This document shows, one piece after another, positions 1-11,864 of a DNA stretch of 64,000 bases. How positions within the stretch are numbered: position 1 is the stretch's first letter; every line of letters starts with the position of its first letter. The notes under the pieces are model-generated. The model was not told the origin of the DNA. It saw nothing but the letters and a program-made list of their open reading frames with translations, and ran no database searches. Source of the stretch: Marsupella aquatica (lineage: Eukaryota; Plantae; Marchantiophyta); contig OZ316894.1 in NCBI GenBank assembly GCA_973895155.1, positions 6,968,234-7,032,233 of the forward strand. Reading direction: 5' to 3'. The position numbers were made by a program, and so were the translations under genes.

Positions 1-301
1 CCTGGTTAACTGGAACCTGAATTTAGGAGGTGAAAACAAGAGCATTCAAATTCCAGCCTCAAATACTTTTTATTACCTATTGGCCCAATGCATGTTGAGG
101 TGAGGCGTATAAGTACCTTTGGTGCCATACTTGTGCCACACCTGGTTGAGCTGGAGGTTGAACTGGAATTTAGGTAAACAAAATCATTCAATTCCAGTAG
201 CAAACATTTTTTTGGCTACCTGCCCCAAGGCAAAGTGCAGGTGATGCAAGGCCGCAAACAATTTTATTATCTACCTGAGTTGAGCGATGGCGGCTCCCTG
301 C

Positions 302-419
302 TGGTAATCACACATCAAAATGTGGTTGCATTCATTGATTGAAAGGAAAAAACTAGGATTATCAAGGTATGCAAGGGTGTCGTACATAGTATATGTCATA
401 TTTTGATGTGCAGTTACCA
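302..419. repeat. ~118 bp foldback/MITE-like repeat, copy 1
   Basis: Ends TGGTAA..CACATCAAAAT / ATTTTGATGTG..TTACCA are inverted; a close inverted copy lies at 11754-11864. Confidence 0.6.
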
Positions 420-1333
420 AGACCCATGGCGGCTGTGGCGTCCGGCGTCCGGGCACGATCGTGCGACCCCTCTGAAGGGAGTACATTAAACAAATTCTCA
501 ATTTTTTCTCTCCCTTTTTTGGGGGGCCCTCCCTCATGCCCTCCCTTCCTCTCCCTCCCTCCCCTTCTCTCCTTCTGCCCTCCCCCTTGCTCTGGATCAC
601 GCGCGCATGAGCAGCGAAAGGCCCGTAAATCACACTCCCGAAGTGGGCTCCCTCTGCTCTCCGCTTTCCCCATGCGCTAGTCTGTAGGGGACCCTTGGAC
701 CGGGTTATTGAAATGAATTTAGAAAAACCTCAAATTACACGAGAAACAGTGAGGGACTAACAATTAAAGGGTGTTGAGGATTTAAGCTTGCAGTAGTGAC
801 TGTCGAATCAGACTCTATTAACAAGAAAACTCATGCGGGCTGCGAACATTTAGACAAAATGCGACCCATTCTCAGTCTCAAAGTATAAAGGGACCATTGA
901 TATAAGAAACTACTCAAGACGAATGACAGTGCTGAACTTTCACAAAAAAAGCTCTTAGAGCCTCCGCTGTTAGGCACTTTCCATAATTTGATGCCTTTGC
1001 TACGTGTGCTTCTCACTGGAGACCAACGAGTAATGAGATCTCCTGAAACCATCCTTTTGGGACACCCATACTATTGCAGCTTACTCTTTAATCTATTTGC
1101 CAACTGTGGACTTCATATAGCACTTAGCTGTTGGGTTGGCACTAATTGCCATGAAAAATATGACGTTAAATGAATTGTACAATCCACCTAGCAACACTCA
1201 GTCCTGATCAGCAAGCTTGGACATATTTACACACTACTGGTGATCTTTACTGAACTTTGTACAATTCGCTACTGTTTGACTCTGAATTTTGAGCTCTTGT
1301 TTTTAGTCAACGGATCAAGACCAATCGTCATAT

Positions 1334-2194
1334 TCATGAAGACTTCTTTTTCTTCATTTTCTTCTTGCCTTTGGCCTTCAAAGTCGTTGGCTGATCAGCA
1401 GTCAGCAACTTGGAAACTTTTTTCTTCAATTTCTTATTCGGACCACTGGTGCCACTACCATGCTTTAATTTCTTGCTGATGATGTCGTCCTGGTCCTGCC
1501 ACAAACGTCAAGGTTTTAGTTTCTTATCTGTTTAATTACTATCTACGACCTGTAAACTTTACTACTCCGGCATGACCAGGAAACTTTATGTGCTGTACTA
1601 CTGCACTAACCACGAGCCCTCATAATGAGCAGATGGGCTATAAAGAGCACTTACGAATAGCGAACAGGTAACAGAAGGAAATCAAATGTCGACACCTACA
1701 ATTTATGGAGAAGAAAAGAATGTTCCACCAACTGCCCGGTACAAAGGTCTGGTCCTCATCACCGGCAGATAAACAAGCTAACGGATCATTGCCAATTCAT
1801 ATAACCTTGGCCATTGCTGAAGGCTACGAGTACACCTGCTGAAGTGGACTAGAGAACTATTATCGAATTCAGTCTTCAGATAGACTAACGGGAAAATATT
1901 AAGACAATCCACCTCATCCGTATCAGAGAAGGAATTAACGTGTCGCACTTTTGCAACTGCAACAGAGCGCCCTTTGGCATTCTCCACCGCACGTTCAACC
2001 AAAGCTGGATCCAAGGAGGCAGCCCCATCCTCTGCAAGCTTTCTCTTCAAAAATTTGGCTAGCGCGGCCGCCTTGTTTGTAGCCAATGCCCCTCCTGGAT
2101 GTGCCAACCTACAATCCCAACAGAAGTAACAGTCCGTTATTGCTGGCAGCAAAAACACCATATACTTAGTTCCAGTTACGAGTGTCGAGAACAT
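1334..2194 (-). CDS. Small plant protein of unknown function with Lys-rich C-terminus (3 exons: 2194-2166, 2108-1913, 1495-1334)
   Basis: GT-AG introns join MFSTLVTGTK-LAHPGGALATNKAAALAKFLKRKL...SDTDE-DQDDIISKKLK...KKKKSS* in frame. The HPGGALATNKAAALAKFL motif resembles a conserved uncharacterised plant family (recognised from memory). Confidence 0.7.
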
Positions 2195-3999
2195 TACAAA
2201 AAGGTGTCACTCCAAACACGGAATAAACTTGCGACTCGAAAATTCCGACGACGAACACCCAGAAAAATCTCGTTGCTATTTTCTTCTTCTTTCAATCCGT
2301 CTAGGTTCTCTGCGCAAATCTCTAGGTTTCACCTTCTCTTCGACACAGGACGCTATTAGCAGATACCAGTTCTTCTTCTTCTGGAGTGCTTTCCCTAACT
2401 GAGCTTCATAAGATCAATACGCAATAACAACTGTACGCTTGCATACAGACTTCTTCAAAGCCCTTGATCTCCAGCTTCACCAACTCTTCCTAGTCTTAAT
2501 TAGGGTTCCAACTTGCTTGCCCCTCCCAACCACTATCTATCCCTAATTTCCCAATTCATTTCTTCACTGTCTACCTGCAATGTATCAGGCTCCACATCTC
2601 AGTTTCTTACAAGACTTCATGCTGTCTCAGTTCGTCTCAGGTGTATGTTAAACAATTGTCCGAGTTGTCATTCAACTGCGAAGAAGCGTGAAATCTGAAG
2701 CATTTCCTCTCTCGATAATCACAGGCAGCCTAATAATTCTTTCGCAAATCTCTCACGTATATCGCAATGCGGGTTAGAACTAGACCTAAAATTGATTGTG
2801 AGTGCATCCGTCTCTGCATATCCGTCGCCGCCTGTAGAATTCATTGCAGACCGAGAGGCGGAAGTTAAGCGGCCAAGGAATACGACAGACCCTAATGATT
2901 AATAAAAGCTTCCAAGTCTTTGCATTTATATTATTTTTGGAACGGAAACATCAAATTTTTATTGCCATCTGTGCAATCTGCACGATCAATCTGCCAGATA
3001 CAACAGTTCTTCGATAAGACCTAACTTAATAAGCTCTATGCTTTATAGCTCCTACAGGGACAACAGTCCGACCAAGTTCAAAATTTCCAATGGAGATACT
3101 CAGGTTCGTTATTTCTGCTCCTCATTCACATCTTTGGCCTGCTGAGAATTTTAGGGTTTAACTCTTGCATCATCGTTGCCCAACAATCCACTCACTTGAA
3201 GAAACTCACCTACAACGGCGCTCTGGAGGTTTAGGTGCCGGTGCAGAGTGAAACCGGCTGGCGCGCAGGGCCGCCCGCTCTTCATCTGTGAGAGATTCCA
3301 GCTCCTGAGCCACAGCGGAAAGACTCACTCGGCTGCTCATGTGGGCCGACTCCGATACTTGTCAGGCAGACGAGGGCATGCGGTTCCGTCTCGAAGCTCA
3401 AAGTAAACGCTCGTTCGAAACCTCACCTGCCAGTGCTAGATTAGGAGACCCCACCTCGGATCAAATCCTCATGGCCAGCCTCCACTCAATTACTCCTCTG
3501 TCTACTTCTCTCCTCAGATTCAGGCCCAAAACCCTCGACAAATTCCACCTTCAATTTTTCTAGCCAAGAAGCAGAGAGCTGATTCCAATCCCTACTGATG
3601 GAATCATGGAGCTCGATAAATGCCAAGTTCAGAAGCTGCCCAGCGAGGCATCTTGCTGGAATCCATCCAGGTACCAACCCTGACCTGATTCATTTGTGAT
3701 CCTGTGATCTACTTCTCATCTCCTTCCTTCAAACAAATTTGGGCACTTCAGAGTTTCAAGACCCAAGAGGAGAATTGAGTTCCGGCACAGTGAGTTCCGT
3801 TGTATCTCCCCACCAGCAAGACGAAGTGCAGCACCACACCCTGGAGTGTGTCCAGTAGATTCTACAACGGCAAGATAGAGTGGAGCCTTTTGACATCGAG
3901 AGTCTTCAATCTATTCTGTCTACTTTCTACATATTGTGAATTTTTCTACAGCCTCTACATGAAATTAAACATTGAATTTATCTGCAGCCAACTACAGAC

Positions 4000-4360
4000 A
4001 TTAAACATTATTATACCCTTTCTAGCCAAAAACAAAAGGTCCAAAGCAGTTAATCCTGGTCCTTTATCGAAAACTAATCTTTTTGGCACCATCAGATCAC
4101 CTACAGTCACCCTCTCCTATCTCAAATGTGTACCCAAGCTGCCTAACATTCTACATCAAGATTAAACACTATTATACCCTATATAGGCTAAAAAGGAGTC
4201 CATAGCAATAGCTAATCCTGGTCCTTCATCAAAAACTAATTATTTTGGCACCATCAGATCACCTCTACACTCTCCTATCTCAAATGTCTACCCAAGCTGC
4301 CCGACATTCTACATCAAATCAAACACTGTTGTACCCTATTTAGCCCAAAAAAAAAGCATT
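4000..4360. repeat. ~160 bp tandem repeat (2 full copies plus a third interrupted by an LTR, resuming ~4697-4780)
   Basis: The block TTTTGGCACCATCA..TCAC..CTATCTCAAATGT.TACCCAAGCTGCC recurs at ~4081, ~4243 and ~4722. Confidence 0.7.
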
Positions 4361-4365
4361 CATAT

Positions 4366-4685
4366 TGTTAAGTAAAACAACTATTATTCATAAGACCCCC
4401 CAAATACACAAGAAGTTGATACGTGGTTCACCTCACTCTAGGCTACATCTCTAGGAATACACAAAAGAGTTTTATTGAACTCTATGTCTGTCAACCATAC
4501 CAAGTCTTTACCCACTAAGTTTGTCTTATCTTCCAAATTTTGTAACAATAAGCCTAAGTTCCATTCATTAATTAAATACTACTAGACAGTGTAAGTAATA
4601 GTTACACATCTACCTAAGGTCTTGACTATGGCTAGACTAACTGTAATAACATAGTAACTCTAGACCTAAGAATAAATGCCTAATA
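4366..4685 (-). mobile_element. Degenerate solo copia LTR (same superfamily as the LTRs at 6052, 23966, 32347)
   Basis: Reverse complement contains GAGGTGAACCACGTATC and TAGAGTTCAATAAAACTCTTTTGTGT, and starts TATTAGGCATTTATTCTTAGGTCTAGAGTTA like the 6052 LTR. TSD degenerate. Confidence 0.7.
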
Positions 4686-5090
4686 GATAGCTTAATCATA
4701 GCATTCATCAAAAACTTATTTTTTTGGCACCATCAAGTTACCTAGACACTCTTCTATCTCAAATGTGTACCCAAGCTGCCAATTAAAATTAAGTCAAACT
4801 TAGCACAAAAATGGTTCCTCCTACCGTGACACCATGCATGTTGGACTCCACAATGAGGTGACTGCTATCGCCCGTCTTGCATCCCCATGCTCTAACCCTT
4901 ACCTCCGATAATGATACCTTAACAACAACATTAGTGACCAAAGTGATAAATTTTTTGTGGCATTGAACATCAAAGTAGGTACACCGTAATCTCTTCAGTG
5001 TTAATTAATTTATTGTTTACTAAAGTATTTTTTTGCACATTCAATGGCAATTTTTTTTAATGATATGAACTAAGCATTGAATCCTAAATG

Positions 5091-5396
5091 CTCGGGGGCC
5101 TCAATCCAAGGGGTGTCCCATATCACGCTCGAAGTTTTGGGGGAATAAACACCCTAAAATTTAAGTCAATAAAGTTTTTTTATGAATTTTTCTACCCCTA
5201 ACTTAATAGAATATTCCAAGAATATTTCCGTATTTGATTTTAAAAAACCCTATGATTCTTATAATTCTCAAAATTGGATTAAAATAACCCTAATGTTATT
5301 CAACAAAAATTCAAAAGTATTTCACTAAACCCAATAAAAAAACCCTATACTTATTTGCGCGTGATGGGTCGGAAGAAAATAAGCGAGTACCCCGGG
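5091..5396. mobile_element. MITE, ~306 bp, 8-bp TSD
   Basis: Termini CTCGGGG...CCCCGGG; perfect TSD CCTAAATG (5083-5090 / 5397-5404); homologous inverted copy at 31463-31758. Confidence 0.8.
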
Positions 5397-6051
5397 CCTA
5401 AATGCAACAAGTAACGGCTTTTGTGAAACAACCTCTTTATGCAACAAAATGTTTATGCAACAATTTCTTTTACATAATAACATTTTTACTCCACAACATC
5501 TTTTTCACAAAGACATTTTTCTCTTGTTTTGCATCATTCTTTTACACAGAGCAATGGCACTTGTGTCTCCAATGGCTTATTTATATGGTCACTAGCTTAA
5601 TACCTGTGGGTTGTGCAAAGATGTCTTGCGTGAAAGATGTCATTGCGTAAAATATGACTTACTCGACTTAATCCCTAATCTTGCGAACACCAGAGGTGAA
5701 GGTCAGTTCAGGCTACTGGTAAACTACACGTCAAATACCAACAACATCATGTGTCAAGTGGCAGGTGTCCACACATTGGACAGATTTTCCTATCTTACTT
5801 ATAACTAAAGCCCAAAGGGGAAACTAGAGTTAAGGTACGTACCTAGGCTTCTAGTGTGAAGCCTCTAGACCGTGACTCTAGGGCCCCATCAAAGTATATG
5901 TGCATGTAAAGAAGATGTGCATAATTATAATTATCTGATGGTATATTATGCATGATAAGAATAATTAATTTGTTATCATTTCATTGATATATAAAGAGTG
6001 GGAATAAGGATTGATGTCAATTTTTTGCTTCCCGACCATCTTACAATAAAA

Positions 6052-6390
6052 TGTTAGGATTTACTCTTAGGTCTAGAGTTACAACTGTACCGCAGTTAGG
6101 GCTAACCGTAGTCGCAGACTAGGTTAGGCTAGTCATGTTGCATACACTATACCCAAGCGATGTTTGCTTGGATAGTAGGAACTCAGGCTCATTGTTACGG
6201 AACCAGTTGAGAGATAAGGAGAGCTTGTGTTGTGGATGTTTGGTATGGCCGGTCGACCTAGAATGCAATAAAGCTCTTGTGTGTTCCCGTGGATGTAGCC
6301 TCATGTGTGAACTGCGTATCTCTCAGCGTCGACTCTTGAGCGTTGGATAGTTCATGGGTTTGCCGTTGCAATTTTCATCTATGCTCAACA
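6052..6390 (+). mobile_element. Solo copia LTR
   Basis: TG...CA ends, 5-bp TSD TAAAA on both sides, 3' two-thirds closely similar to the LTRs of the two full-length copia elements; no PBS or PPT adjacent. Confidence 0.9.
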
Positions 6391-6778
6391 TAAAAAACAC
6401 CAACAGAAGTCTACTTTTGAGAGCCTAGGTCTAGAGTGAAGTCTCTCGACCATAACTCCATGGTCATCATGTGCATTGGAAAACTCATGACTACGATGTA
6501 TTTCAACTAGTACATGCAAGGTTTTTGTGACAATTTCTAAGAAATACATTCAAAAAATGGGCATTATGGCCCCACCACAACATATGTGCATAGAAATTAA
6601 GAAGAATGTGTATTCAAAGAGGGATGTGCCTAGAAAGGAGAATGGTATATTAATATATGACTATTAAAATGATATGTTGTTTATCATTTCATTAACTTTC
6701 CAAGAATATGAATAGAGAATATATTTTGGTAACAATTTTATTGTCCTCTCCCCTATAATTCACGTTCAAAGAACGGGT

Positions 6779-6906
6779 AGTCGGGGCTAGTTGCTTTGGC
6801 GGTTGCTTCAAAGTGAGAACTTACTGGTTGAGTGACACTGACAGTCGGGGCTAGTTGCTTTGGCGGTTGCTTCAAAGTGAGAACTTACTGGTTGAGTGAC
6901 ACTGAC
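6779..6906. repeat. Perfect 64-bp tandem duplication
   Basis: AGTCGGGGCTAGTTGCTTTGGCGG...GAGTGACACTGAC occurs twice back to back. Confidence 0.9.
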
Positions 6907-8206
6907 AGTTGATTGATTCACTCTGTCCCTCAGAAACCAGAAGTAACTCATGATGAAAAGTTTATTACTAATCTCTTCCCCTTAGGAAATCTCCATATCA
7001 CATTGTTGATCAAGAGTTGTGTCGGACCAGGCAAAGAATCTCTGTATGACATTCATCAATCCAAAACTTGTAAACACTTTTTCCATTCGATGAAGTCAGT
7101 ACACAAAGATTAGGTTGTAAGGAACAATTCAACGCGTCGTCAGCATATGGCACTTGAATGCTTTGATAGCAAGGTTATCTTACATTCATTCCAGGTCGAT
7201 CCAGAAAATATTTTTCAATATAGCTCAGATTTTGAATGTGGCTCAGTCATGCAGTATTCAACCATCTTACGAAAAGTCACCAGTTTAGAAATGAAATTGC
7301 TAATGAATGTCATCGTCATGCATACAATTAGTACATGCCCATTATTTTGAAATTCAACAGTCTACACAATAGTAGATAAATAATCTAAGGTCCCGGGTTT
7401 CAGCTCTACTATAGGGACTCTACTTCACTCTTGTTACTTCCAACTATGGGTGCCCATGCCCTCCCCCTTTAAATTGAGGAGCTAGTACATGATTCAGCTA
7501 AGGTAACGATCAAGAAATGTTACCCTAATTTGAGGAGTACATAATTCAGCTAAGGTAACGATCAATAAATTTTATCACGAGTCATTGAACGTGCTTATGA
7601 GTCTATGAATGTCTGAACAATATTTCAATCACGCACTGCCCAATTAATCTAATCAACCACTATCTGGACATAATGAATAACATATCCTGATGGACTCTCA
7701 ATAACGGCGCCTTCCCTCACATTCCGCCGCCACGCCCAACCAACCTTGCTTGCACAGGTCGAACTGTCTAAATCTGAACTTCAGGTAATTAAATACGACT
7801 GCTCGATTGGAAAGGATGGCGCTGTTTGAAGACCATCGTCCTACTTGACTGCCTTGCTACGGTACAAAGAGTGGGCTATCGATGCTGAAATCGCAATCCG
7901 GTGCACGGCAAACACTACATTGAAGCCGAATGATGATTCGGCGCTCGTCGACACCAATGCAACTAGATTGCACCTCACTTGTATCGTGGACTTCCATCCA
8001 TCGTCGGAAGGCACTGCTCCTCTGCAGACAGAACTCACTACCCGCGGACGCCTCCATTCATGGCACAGAGAGCCAACTTCCTGTAGGTTTATTGGGCAGT
8101 CCATGGTTGAAAAGAAGCTAACGGGGTCCTGTGAAAGTACGAATTCGAAACCACTTGTACAGTGAGAGATTAGTAAGGGGAACTTCTATATTAAACATGT
8201 ATCAAT

Positions 8207-10067
8207 TCAATCGTAAATCTCGGTAGAAAGCCTGGGGGACACGATCAGTTGGAGAGGTTCTGTTTTGATCATGGTGAGGCCAAACGTCTCGCTCATGTCT
8301 AACTCTTCCGGATTTTGCCAGGACGGTAAGCTGAAGTCGAAGCTGTGGAAGAGGCGACCTAGGGTCAACTGAACAACAGTCATTGCCAAAGAGATTCCGG
8401 GGCACATGCGCCGCCCGGACCCGAAGGGAAGAAACCTGAAGTCCTGACCCTTGATTGGCGCCTTGCTTCCGATGAACCGCTCCGGATTAAATTCTAGAGG
8501 ATTCTCCCACTCAGCCGGGTCTCTCCCAATCGCCCACACGTTCACGTAGACGCGAGTTTTAGCCGGAATTTTGTAGCTTAACAATTGGCACGGTTCAATT
8601 GACTCGTGGGGGATGAGCAGGGGTGCAGGCGGGTGGAGACGGAGTGTCTCCTTCACTACAGCCTCTAGGTAAGGAAGATGAGCAAGATCAACTTCTTCGA
8701 TTCTCCGAGCTATCCCCACGTAGCTATCGATCTCAGCATGAATCTTGGCCATAACTGTAGGTCTTCTCACCAGTTCCGCCAGTGCCCACTCCAATGTGCT
8801 CGACGAAGTATCTATTCCCGCTGACAGAATGTCCTGTTCGGACAAAGCACGAGCAAATGTAAGCTAATTGAATCTCGAACACCAACTGACTTGCTGAATG
8901 CATTATGACAAGAAAGCTACCAACCAATAACAATTTCAAACTATTTAGACAACAGTTGCACTTTCGAAACTACTTAAATCATGACCTTCAATATCCAGGG
9001 CAATGGATAGTTTGGGAAATAGAATAGAGCGAGGGAAGTACGAACCACAACTGAATGTGACAAAAGTCTGCAGCAAATCGACATGGACGACTCACCATCA
9101 TTGTGGACGTAACAGTTTGCATGCTTAGCTTGCAATTCTTTTCGTTAGGAACGGAGAGCAAGACGTCGAGAAGATCCTTCCGAGCATTGCTATCAGATAA
9201 ACCTAGTTTCCGCTTGTTCTCTACCTGCTTGAGAACGAAATCGTCAAACGCATTCACGACATTTTTAAGGCGCCGCTCATAGCCCTGTAAGTCCAACCAC
9301 CTGAGTCGAGGGAAGTAATCTCCCAGGTTGTTAACCACACCACTCAAGCAAAACACTTCCTTCACAACGCCCATGAAATCCCACAGCTCCTCTTCATCTT
9401 CAGGATGCTCGGAAGCCCAATGAATCATCTTCTTCCCCATCGACATCAGTGAGATGATGTTGAGCATCAAATAACCGAGCTTAATGCTAATGACAATCGG
9501 TTTCCCAGCTTCAGACTCTTTCCGAATATTCTTTACGAGTGAAGATACCTCCACATCCCTCATATTTGCAAACGACTCTACCCTTTTCGAAGAAAACAGC
9601 TCCAACATGCACAGCTTCCGCATATGCCGCCAATGTGGACCGTACGGTGCACCAACAAGATCCTGAAAGCCGTGGGTGAGAATCTCTATAGCTGCCCCGT
9701 GACTGGGGCGGGAAGCGAAAGTCTTGTCATGAGTCTTCAGAACGAGTTTGGCCATGCTCGCCGAGCTAACAACGATAGCGTGGGTACTGGCAAGGCGAAG
9801 GTGGACGAGTGGGCCATACTTGAGAGAAAGTGCGTGCAAGTCAATGTGCGGATTAGCCTTAAGGAGGTGAAGGTGTCCTAGAATAGGCAATGCTGGAGGC
9901 GCTGGTGGCCAGCTGCAGCTTGACTTGAAGATCACATTGTGCTTAAGGCATATGAACGAGTAGAGCTCGTATAAGAGAAGACCTGCAGCTGAACATGCCG
10001 TGAGTACAGCTGCGATCAAGAGAAGGTGGCTCTGGGTGAATAGCCAAGCGCTGGAGCTTGGGTCCAT
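8207..10067 (-). CDS. Cytochrome P450, CYP71 clan (A-type); exons 10067-9096 and 8833-8207, ~532 aa
   Basis: N-terminal TM helix, PPAPPALPILGHLHLL hinge, AGIDTSS I-helix, ETLR, PERF and FGSGRRMCPG haem motif. One phase-0 GT-AG intron at the conserved A-type position (TSTMM|DILSAG). Confidence 0.96.
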
Positions 10068-11753
10068 GACTTCTCGAGCTGGGTTCTCACCTCAGGTCAG
10101 TGTGATATCACCGATAGTGCTCCCTCGCATGAGATCGCCCGTGTGTGCAGCTGTTACGCTTGGTTTCTGATCACCTCCAGAGTGATATCGTCTAGCTCTG
10201 AAGAATTGCGAACTTGCAGGCCTCTTCGTAAGGTGCCTCTCCCTGGCCTATTTCACAAAGCCGAGGTAGTTCAATTCATCGTAGATAGCTAGAAAGACTT
10301 CTTAACCAAGCGGAGGTAGTTCAATTCATCGTAGATACCTAGAAACACTGCTTGCAACCACAGGACTGTCTGTGACTAGCGAGCTACAAACATAACCCCG
10401 TTTTGTGTTAGACTTCCAACACGAGAGTTTTGCTCCCTCCGATCTAGGTTTCCAAGCTGCAGCCTCCCATCCAGTGTCCTAGCTGCCCGCTCAGATCCAG
10501 GTGTCCTGTCGTCCCAATGCAGATCAATTCAGAAGTCAGACAGTAGACTTATTTCCCTTCACATCAGGTAGCATTACCTGACCGTTGCGTTTTACAGTCA
10601 AGAGCTCCCTACATATCCACACGAGAGACGACTCCACGCTAACGAGGAGTTGCTGAGCTTCATCAGAGAGAACAGGTGTTCATGCAGATCAGTAAGCTAG
10701 AGACGAATTGTACAGAAATGTCAGTTTTTCATGACCTTCGAAGAAACAAGTGGGAGTTGAAATGCGCAGCATTACCGGGTATATCCAGTTCAGGCTCTCA
10801 AGTGAGTATATAGTCTGGAGGAAAGGGATTGAAGACTGATAGCTAGCTACCTCGGACCAAGTGAGTCTGGAGAACTGCGAAGACTGATAACTCGCTAGCA
10901 CATGAAACCGAGTAAAGTTGGCAATCTTACAGCTGAATTTACACACACATTAATGATACCGATTGTAATAACTATAACAGCAGCTAGGAAGTGGGGCGAG
11001 CTGGAAGAATGTAATCCATGCATGTCGCATGATACATGGCGTGTGGTTATGATTATGAACGGCGATGGAAGATCATCCTGTTCAGTCCGGGCTTGGCAGA
11101 ATGACCGTCAACAGGAGTTGACCTGTTTGACATGCAATGCAGCACAGCATAGCTAATAATTAGCCCGTCTACTGTGACATTGGAACCCAGTAAGCTCGGC
11201 TGGATTGTTGAGTTTAAACTGCGCATTGATCTCACTGATACTAACCTACTGGCTGCATATATAACGGACTCAGTCGCAGCTGGCATTGCCTGGTTACGTA
11301 GTTTGTGCCGGTCATATTATTTGCTTTGTGGCGTGCACACCAAGCCAGGTACGCCTTCGCGTTTTTATTATCCTCTCCTGCTGCTGGTGCAAAATGTACA
11401 CCAGCTCTGAAGTATGGATGGCCTTGGGTAGTTGGGTGGCATCATCCACGGGCCTTCGGAATTGAACTCCCCAACTAACGTAAACCAAATGAATACTTTC
11501 GCTCATTCGCTGGCATCTGTCAGGGGCGAAGAACGCACGCACCACGATTGCAATCACATCTCCAACCAACGCAAACACCCTATCCTCGCCCGGTCATTCC
11601 CTCCACTCATGCGGAAATTTGTCTCGTGCCTTCCAAGCCCCGGCCCTGGGAACGTAATCTACTTTTACGGATCTCAAGGGTGTAGGAAGAACGTGAAGTT
11701 AGTCTTGAACGGCTGAACCCCAAGAGACACAAAGCAGACCCTAGAATTCCTCG

Positions 11754-11864
11754 TGCACATCAAAATATGACATATACTATGTGCACCCTGCATACCGTGA
11801 TAATCCTAGTTTTTTTCTTTTAATCAATGAACGCAGTCACATTTTGATGTGTGATTACCAGCAG
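11754..11864. repeat. Foldback/MITE-like repeat, copy 2 (inverted relative to 298-412)
   Basis: TGCACATCAAAATATGACATATACTATGT...CACATTTTGATGTGTGATTACCAGCAG is the near reverse complement of 298-412. Confidence 0.7.

Noticed and set aside
298-11864. One 11.5-kb element bounded by the inverted copies at 298-412 and 11754-11864
   Set aside because: Each copy is itself a small foldback unit and no shared TSD was seen; two independent insertions is the simpler reading.
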